Assembly: GCA_977020255.1 (NCBI GenBank)
Contig: CDROCS010002676.1
Span: forward strand, 496,001-560,000
Direction of reading: 5' to 3'
Source of the DNA: Obrimoposthia wandeli
Lineage: Eukaryota
DNA length: 64,000 nt
Part shown: positions 56,841 through 64,000 of the stretch, in pieces
Numbering within the stretch: the stretch's first letter is position 1
Layout of the letters: each line of letters begins with the position of its first letter
Position numbers and translations under genes: made by a program
The notes under the pieces: model-generated
Database searches by the model: none
Seen by the model: the letters and a program-made list of their open reading frames with translations, nothing else
Told to the model about the DNA's origin: nothing

Positions 56841-57615
56841 ATGCCTTTATTATTAAATTATAAAGGGAATCAATCTAAATGTGATTTAACTGAAGACGAA
56901 TTTTATAAACATGATGATGATTCAACTGAAAACGTAAATTGTATATACTGTCAATGTACATTATTTGAATGGGTATGGTATCTTAAACCAATGAAGCAAC
57001 TTATGAAAGATTTTCCTACATATCCATTCCTTTTGAAATTAAATGTTGCAAATGTATCAATAATTGAAACAAGTAACAAGAAAATTAATTTTAATACATT
57101 AACCATGATTGGAAAGTATATGTATCAGATATTTATGTAAATTACCTGATATATGCTATTCAAATAGTTTAGGAATCTATAATGATATAGTTATTGAGAA
57201 AATTGAATCAGATTGTATTATAAAATATCCTTTAACTATAGAGAAATTCGATATGTTGATGGATACAAATCAAATCAAATATTTGAAAATGTTTTTCACA
57301 AAAGACAGAAGAAAATCTGTTTTAAAATATACAATAATGCGATATGGAGAATACAAATCACTATTTGAAATTATTTGTGATTTATCTAATTTAGAAATAA
57401 ACCCTGAAAAACAATATATAAATATACTTTCGTACACGTTAAAAGAACCTGAATGTGTAGTATGTTTAAATAATCATATTGAAGTAGTATTTCTACCATG
57501 CGGACATGTAAATACATGTATCGCATGTTCCACAAGGTTACATTCATGTCCAGAATGTCGATATATAATTGAAAGGAGAGTAAGAAATGTAAAATTTCAT
57601 GGTATAAACAATTGA
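56841..57615 (+). pseudogene. IAP-like gene (degenerate BIR plus RING) in Polinton-like segment B; frameshifted
   Basis: ENVNCIYCQCTLFEW...P...FPTYPFLLKL (BIR with H/C ligands lost), then YKSLFEII.D...EKQYIN.LSYTLKEPECVVCLNNHIEVVFLPCGHVNTCIAC...CPECR. Confidence 0.85.
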
Positions 57616-58149
57616 AATTTGGTGATTTATACAAAAATAAATAAAAACGATTAATTAATTGATGATATTGTTGATGAAATTATAAACTGAACAATAAATG
57701 GAGTTCAGTATTTTTCTAGTTTTAATGGACTTTCTAGTGATAATATAAAGGAAATTGATGGCACTCATGTCTATAAAGATATCAAATGGGAAAAGGATTT
57801 TGAAAATTTCATTCAAATTATTCGTTCAAACATGATGTATATAACTTTTTCTGTATCAACTTTTAATTCGTTTTTGCTGTATATATTAATAAAAAAGCCT
57901 ATAAACAATATTATTATTATTATCTTATTATTATTATTATGAAACTTAAAAAATTTTGAAAATGATCGATTAGGAAAGAAAAATATCAATTCAAAAATCG
58001 TGTTTGACAACGATTTCAATAGTACAGATTTGAATGCATTAGTTAAATAAAAAATGTTGTCATATTTTTAGCATGTTTTATATTGAAAAAGATAAATTCA
58101 TCAAATTCAAGTTAAAATCTCATATTTCAAGTATAATGTTTAATACTCG

Positions 58150-58800
58150 TATGGAATTTGTACTGGTTCTTAAAAAACAGAATTTACAGGCGAAGGTAAA
58201 GGTATACCTCAATTAATATGTGAGTTTGATCACATGTACATGGATACTAATTTGATAGAGTCTATAAATGTTGATGGTGTGAAAATACCATTGTTAAAAT
58301 CAATTATGTTGGATAAAAACAAAAATATGGTGATACCGCAAATATTACACTTATTAGACCAATGTATCTTCCTATAATATCAGCATCTATTACCAATATT
58401 GAAGTAAACATACCTAATGATAGTGGAATACTGATAAACTTTGCACATAACACAAAAACTAGTTTAACACTACATTTCATAAAGGTTATGTATAAACAAA
58501 ATTAAACAATGTTAATCGTTATTAATATTGTCTCTATTTGATGTGTATAGCACATCCCAAACGGGTGGCGAACTACACTACTTTCTTGGAAAACAATATG
58601 GTTCAGGTTGGATGTAAATTTTGGGGCGAATTGCGTTTCCTATACTATCACGTTTAGGACGAATTGGTGCAAAAACACTTACAAATGTAGTAATGAACGA
58701 TAAACCAACTTTGAGTCAACTAAAAACAAATGCCTGAAGCAACAAAAGCTGCTACTCAACTAATGACTGCAATAAAGAAAAATCGAAAACTACCATCAAA
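58150..58800 (+). pseudogene. Polinton minor-capsid-like remnant and basic core-like ORF remnant
   Basis: MYMDTNLIES...LLK.I...NIEVNI.NDSG.LINF...TSLTLHF (penton-like C-terminus); GRIAFPILSRLGRIGAKTLTNVV, matching 32545-32820. Confidence 0.6.
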
Positions 58801-58885
58801 AATTCCTGTCGAAATAAAATAAGTACAAATAGGTAGTGGTAGTATAAACAAACGTAGAAAAATAGGAACCATATTTGAGTAAGAA

Positions 58886-60122
58886 ATGGCTTGTGCAAAA
58901 TCTAAACTGTGTTTGTTTGATCGTCCACTACCTCAAATTTCTATAGAACATAGATGTTTTTAGAATATTTACCTTGTTAATAATATTACCGGTAGTAATA
59001 TTAATACAATTGATTTTAATATCCAATAGAATGAAACATAATATTTATATATGAATGATTCTCTATTATATTTAAAAATTAAAGTTTAAAAACATAATGA
59101 AACTAACAGTTATATTGATATGACTGAAGAAGATAAATTCGTAACATCAAATTTCTTTTTCCGTACATTTTTTAAAGATGTACAAATTCACTAGAATAAT
59201 ACTCGTATTGAAGGAGGAAATGGTAGTTATGCTCACAAGGCTTTGATTGAATGTATGCTTAATTATAGCAAAGATACGAAAAGTGTTTCATTAGATGCAA
59301 TTGGTTATGATAGTAAAATTGATAGAAAATGTACAAAAAGGGAGGATTGAAAAATCTTATGAATTGGAGTTGTGCAGTTCAATTCGATCAAACTTTCTTG
59401 AACAACCCAAATATCTGCTTCCCGGTATGAATTTCGGTATAAAATTGATTATTTTCAAAGCAAACTTGTTACTATAAACAAGTACAACTCATTGTAGAAT
59501 AAAATTTCTAGATGCTTAAATGAAAGTTAGGCGTATAAGAGTTGAACCATCAGTATTGATGGCTCATTATGTTGGTTTGGCAACTCAAAATGCGGTTTAT
59601 CCATACAGACTGGGAAACATTGTACGTTATTCACTACCTAAATGCGCTACAACATTTTGTAAATCACCTATCTTTGATGATGAGCAATTACCTAAAATTT
59701 GGTTTGGTTACATTTCAACATAATCTTAAAATGGATGGGTATAGTGAAACAGACTCTACAGAATTTGATCATTGTAATGTCGGTTCAATTTCCCTTAGTA
59801 GAAACATTGATTTTGTTGAAACATACACTACAAACTTTGAAAAAAATGAGTTCATGTTTGCGTATATTCAATCACTGGTTAGAAACAAGGGATTATTGGA
59901 TAAGAATATAAACATCTAAATATTTTAAGGAACATTATCCATTTTTACATTCATATTGGCCCTGACTTTGATATAAATCAACATCAATTACCGAAACAAG
60001 GTAATCTAAGACTTGACGTAAAGTTTCTCAAAGGATGGGAACATCTGTCAAACATTATAATTTACGGTGTTTTCGATACTGAAATTCAAGTAACTAAAGG
60101 CAAACGTCCAATTGTTGGATGA
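58886..60122 (+). pseudogene. Polinton/adintovirus major capsid protein (double jelly-roll), degraded
   Basis: MACAKSKLCLFDRPLPQ.SIE; NDSLLYLK; VRRIRVEPSVLMAH..GL...NAVYP; FDHCNVGSISL...FAYIQSL...GL; PKQGNLRLDVKF; IYGVFDTEIQV. Typical Polinton MCP motifs, with many stops and frameshifts. Confidence 0.85.
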
Positions 60123-60129
60123 AGTAAGT

Positions 60130-60780
60130 GTTGAGTATTTATTGATCTTAATTAATGTAGTTCTAAGCAAATAAATTAATAAATATTGCTTTTGTTGTAA
60201 AATGTAGTGTAATTGAAGCTGGTAAAACATAACATAGACTAAAAACAATTAATGTAGAACCTGGTTCATATGAAATTAAAACATTGAAACTAAACGCCTA
60301 AAATAGGACAGAGTATAGGAGTTGTTGGCGGCAACACCCCTAGAGCCTTCGACTCGTAAACCCTATAAATAAATTAGAAATTAGAGCAAATACGATAAAT
60401 TCAAAATGTATTTTAATACTAAATAAATGTGAAATTATATTTACAAAAGAATCTTTATTTCATAAAATTCTTGAATTAAGACATGGTAAAGGTATTAAAA
60501 CAAGAACTAAAACTTCTGAAGAAATAAGTCAAAAATCAAATATTTCAACTATAAATTTTACGTGATATTATTGAAGGATATTCTAAAAATGGTCAACAAG
60601 CTAACATTTTATATTATTTTCCTTTAAATACTGTTCCATTTGGATATAAATTAATTGAAATACAATCAACACCAACATCTTTACCTGTTTCAAGAAAAGT
60701 GATTAATAAAATTAAAATTAAAATCTTTGATGAAAATGAAAAATTAATTCCTTTTTAATGGATAAATAAAAAGTAATTTT
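60130..60780 (+). pseudogene. Second minor-capsid (penton)-like remnant
   Basis: INVEPGSYEIK...DIIEGYSKNGQQANILYYF....PFGYKLIE.....LPV....I.KIKIKIFDEN.KLIPF. Confidence 0.6.
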
Positions 60781-61499
60781 TTGCATTTGGAACAAGTTTA
60801 ATAAACAAAACTTAAGCTATGCGTATAACTTCTTATAATCATATGAATTTTGTAGTTGGTGCTTTAGAATACCGGGATGTAGATTTAGAAGATATTTTAA
60901 ATCAGACAGAAATTAAATTAGTTAAACCTTTAGTGTATACAGTTAATAAAAGAAGTGATACTGAACTTGGAGGAGTAAATGACGATAATAAATATGTAAA
61001 TGAAAGTAGTGATAAAACTGAAACATTAGAAAATCACAAGTGAAAAGCGGAAAAGCTGTTAAAATAAATGATGTAAGCAGTTGAAGCCTTTCACAATCTA
61101 TCTTCATATAAATAGGGCATAACCCAACAATGATGTATGTTGTATGTTGTAATAATATAAAATGTCAATATCTAAAAAACTACATTTGTTATTTAAGGCA
61201 GCACTTCTACTTAAAACATTGGATTAAAGTATGAAAATAAACTGATTCAGTAAAATACAAAGAGTGTATAAAGTTTCCACCATCTTGGAGAATAGCCATC
61301 ATGAATGAAAATTTGTATATTTAGGAAATCTTGAATTTGAATGTTTCCATCTGTGAAAATTTACATTACTACACATAAAATTGGCCACCAATTGGATTAA
61401 AGCATTAAATAATTTAGAAACTGTTTTTTCCATATAATTTTTTCAGTTTAATTCATCGCAAAGTACTTAATTCATAAATATATTGAAAAACATTTTAAT

Positions 61500-62201
61500 C
61501 TATTTCATCTCTGAGTAAACCTTGTCGATCTTCGCTCTGACGGCAGTGAAATTGACTCTGACTGTTTTGCGGAATCCGTCAGACCGCAGAGTATCATCGA
61601 ACTGGCTGTTCTGGTCACACAGCTCGCGGTACCTCTCGATATTGGTCTTGAAGTGGCACACAGCCTTCTCATAAAGCTCATCAGTGAGTTTCACACAGTC
61701 ATGCATCAGTACATCCACAACACCGAACCGCAGAGTGTGATATAATGTTGCAATATTGTAGGACTCACTCTCTTTCAGAGATTTGTCATCCTTCTTACCT
61801 TCTCTTCCGGGCTCGTTGAACCACGGCTGCTCGTTCATGAGAGTCTGGATTGACAACAACAACGACGAGAAGTTCATCATGGCTGCCCAACCAGGCCCGC
61901 TCCAGGTTCCCAAAATACTCAGACACACTTTGCCACAGGCATACAAGTTCGGATTGAAACGTACACGGCCTCCTGCAGTCGTCTTCAGTGTGACCTTGGG
62001 TGGACTGAAGGGATAGTTGTCAGGAACCTCTATGTAGAAGTAAAAGAAACCGCCCTCATATGGTGTTTCACTAGGACCAACCACGAGGGCGTGGATGATT
62101 TTTATGTTCTGTGGTTCTGCGTGCAAGTAGATGTTTTGGGGTGGTGCATCGAAGTACTTCCCCAAATCTCTCTGTATTCTTCTAAGACACAGGTTAGACA
62201 T
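61500..62201 (-). CDS. UBE2Z: Intronless ubiquitin-conjugating enzyme E2, UBE2Z/BIRC6-type UBC domain
   Basis: LRRIQRDL...HALVVGPSETPYEGGFFYF..P.NYP.SPP.V...TT.GG.VRFNPNLY..GKVCLSILGTW.GP.W...NEPG. Catalytic Cys intact; open 233-aa ORF. The symbol denotes family, not proven orthology. Confidence 0.88.
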   Translation of the reverse strand: MSNLCLRRIQRDLGKYFDAPPQNIYLHAEPQNIKIIHALVVGPSETPYEGGFFYFYIEVPDNYPFSPPKVTLKTTAGGRVRFNPNLYACGKVCLSILGTWSGPGWAAMMNFSSLLLSIQTLMNEQPWFNEPGREGKKDDKSLKESESYNIATLYHTLRFGVVDVLMHDCVKLTDELYEKAVCHFKTNIERYRELCDQNSQFDDTLRSDGFRKTVRVNFTAVRAKIDKVYSEMK

Positions 62202-62639
62202 TTTTGTACCATATAATAACTATTTTTTAAACAAATTTGTTTAACCATTTCAACTGTATTGCATAATATTTTTCCAGTTTTTAATCCCTTCAATGTTTCA
62301 AAACTACATAAAGAATTTAAATACAAATGAATCTGCTTTCGTAAATACAGTAAGACAATTTCAACTAAAATTAATCCAAATTCTCTGTTTTATTTCTTTA
62401 TACTATTTTAACTTTATATTTTATATACAAGATGTAACAAAAGTAGCCTTATATCAAATTTACAAATATTAGTTGTTAACAAATTAAATAATTTACACAA
62501 ATTATTACAATAATATCTCAAATTAATAAGGTGATAAGGACATGCATTAGTCATATCAAAAATATTTGTCTAATAAAAAATATTTAACTACTGAGATAAC
62601 TGCAATGCTAATTCATGTGATTTTTGATAATAATTTCTA

Positions 62640-63375
62640 GTGCACTAGATGGCAGTAGCGGCTGGATATCACCAAATCCGATTGGCAGCCCGTGTGGATA
62701 CCGAATGGGTATATAAAGACAATACTTGCTATTTTTTGGCACAAATTTTAGAAGCGAAATTATTTGAACAAATATTTAGGTGAAGAATCAAACCAATCAC
62801 GAGAAACAGCAGAGGATTGCACCGGAGGATATAAAGCGAAATACTTAAGGAATAAAAGAAGGATTGATCAAGTGTTAGCAAGGAAAATCAGGAAAATCAA
62901 ATTTATTGAATCGGCGAATAACGAGTGATAAAGTAGTTTTGCGTAACAATTGACAAAGAATATTTGTGTAACGATTGATAAATAAGTTTTGAGTAATGAT
63001 TGATAAAGTTTTGTGTAACATAAGAATTGAATTGATAAAAGAAATTGAGTTCTATCGTAAAAGTGCTAGATCATCGTTCAGTATTGAAGATTCTAGAACG
63101 ATTCGTGTTCGCATATTTTTGGCCAAAGCTTGCCTGATCGGCTCAATACTACAGCCCCACACTACACTACATTAGTTTTAGGGTCCTTTTCAGTTATCCT
63201 AAACACAACCCTCTGTACACACCACAAAACAACAGAAATAGAAAACCTTCGGATAGTGAGACTAAACTTCAGTAAATGGAGAATATGTAGGCCACATCCA
63301 TCTGTAAGCCATATCGCTACAGAACTCACATTGAGGACCTCCAGACGAGGATCTAGTTTCAAAAAAAACCCAACA
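62640..63375 (+). mobile_element. Partial or solo LTR of a related Gypsy family
   Basis: Ends GAACTCACATTGAGGACCTCC..GAGGATCT...AAAACCCAACA. 63150-63375 aligns with 1690-1915. TATA-like GGGTATATAAAG near 62706. 5' boundary uncertain. Confidence 0.7.
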
Positions 63376-64000
63376 TAATCATATATTTTTTAAGCTTAAT
63401 CAAATAAGTTTAGAACTAACAGAAAAACAAAAATAATATATTTTTTATGCGCTAAAAGTATAAAATATATATAAATAATTAAAAAATATATTAATTTACA
63501 AATTAAACATTATTATTAGGTTAAACAATTACCTGTTCATATTTTTTAAAACCATGTTCAAATAAATTCGGTGCTTGGATCAAAATTATGTAGCATTTTA
63601 AGTTATTCAACTGTTATTTTAGTTCCAAAAATCTAACTTGAAGTATAGGTTTCAATTTTTAAACATTGGCCATTAATAGGATAATACAAATAACAAAATA
63701 TATTGCGATTAAAAAGTGGATTAGTCAGAGAGACAGGTGCTTTGTCATGCGATCTGGGTACATTATCTTAGAAACATCAGATTTCTTACGCCCAGAGTTT
63801 TCCAGTTGTTAATCTGATCTGAACGGCCGTTACTTGGAGTACTGGTGCATGATGACGCAAGTATACTTGTGTTTAGTACCCTGCAGCGGGATGCACTAGA
63901 GCTTCTTACTCTATTGAGAAATGTATGTAGGAATATTTTAAACAGATTATGCTCAGTAAGTATATATGTGCCAAATGTATAGAGATGACGAATACGCTAA

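Noticed and set aside
57650-57850. Possible integrase-core remnant (NGVQYFLVLMDF) after the Polinton IAP
   Set aside because: Only one weak motif, with stops; not enough to call.

Overview
AT-rich eukaryotic (invertebrate-like) genomic DNA made almost entirely of nested mobile elements. I found no rRNA or tRNA genes, no CRISPR array and no confidently spliced host gene. The centrepiece is a complete 21.6-kb Ty3/Gypsy LTR retrotransposon on the minus strand (4582-26192). It has LTRs of 2.2 and 2.1 kb with TG..CA ends, a CATC target-site duplication and an elongator-tRNA-Met-like PBS. Besides Gag/PR/RT/RH/IN, its reading frames carry a DNA-virus-like host-manipulation cargo: a ubiquitin-like domain, an AT-hook, a Bcl-2-fold domain, a truncated chuvirus-type glycoprotein N-terminus, a second protease, a BIR-BIR-RING (IAP) module, three IPT/TIG-like repeats, an active plus a dead dual-specificity phosphatase, a type-I membrane protein, and three free RING-H2 genes sharing an extra Cys4 motif. 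The element sits inside the pPolB gene of a decayed Polinton/Maverick and is itself interrupted by a non-autonomous hAT (Buster-type) transposon. A second decayed Polinton-like segment (56.8-61 kb) carries an IAP gene clearly homologous to the retrotransposon's IAP module, next to an intronless, GC-rich UBE2Z-like E2 gene. Also present are three related solo or partial LTRs, a BEL/Pao fragment with a ubiquitin-like Gag N-terminus, and piggyBac, mariner and hAT-type remnants. All domain calls come from motifs read by eye; none was confirmed by database search.
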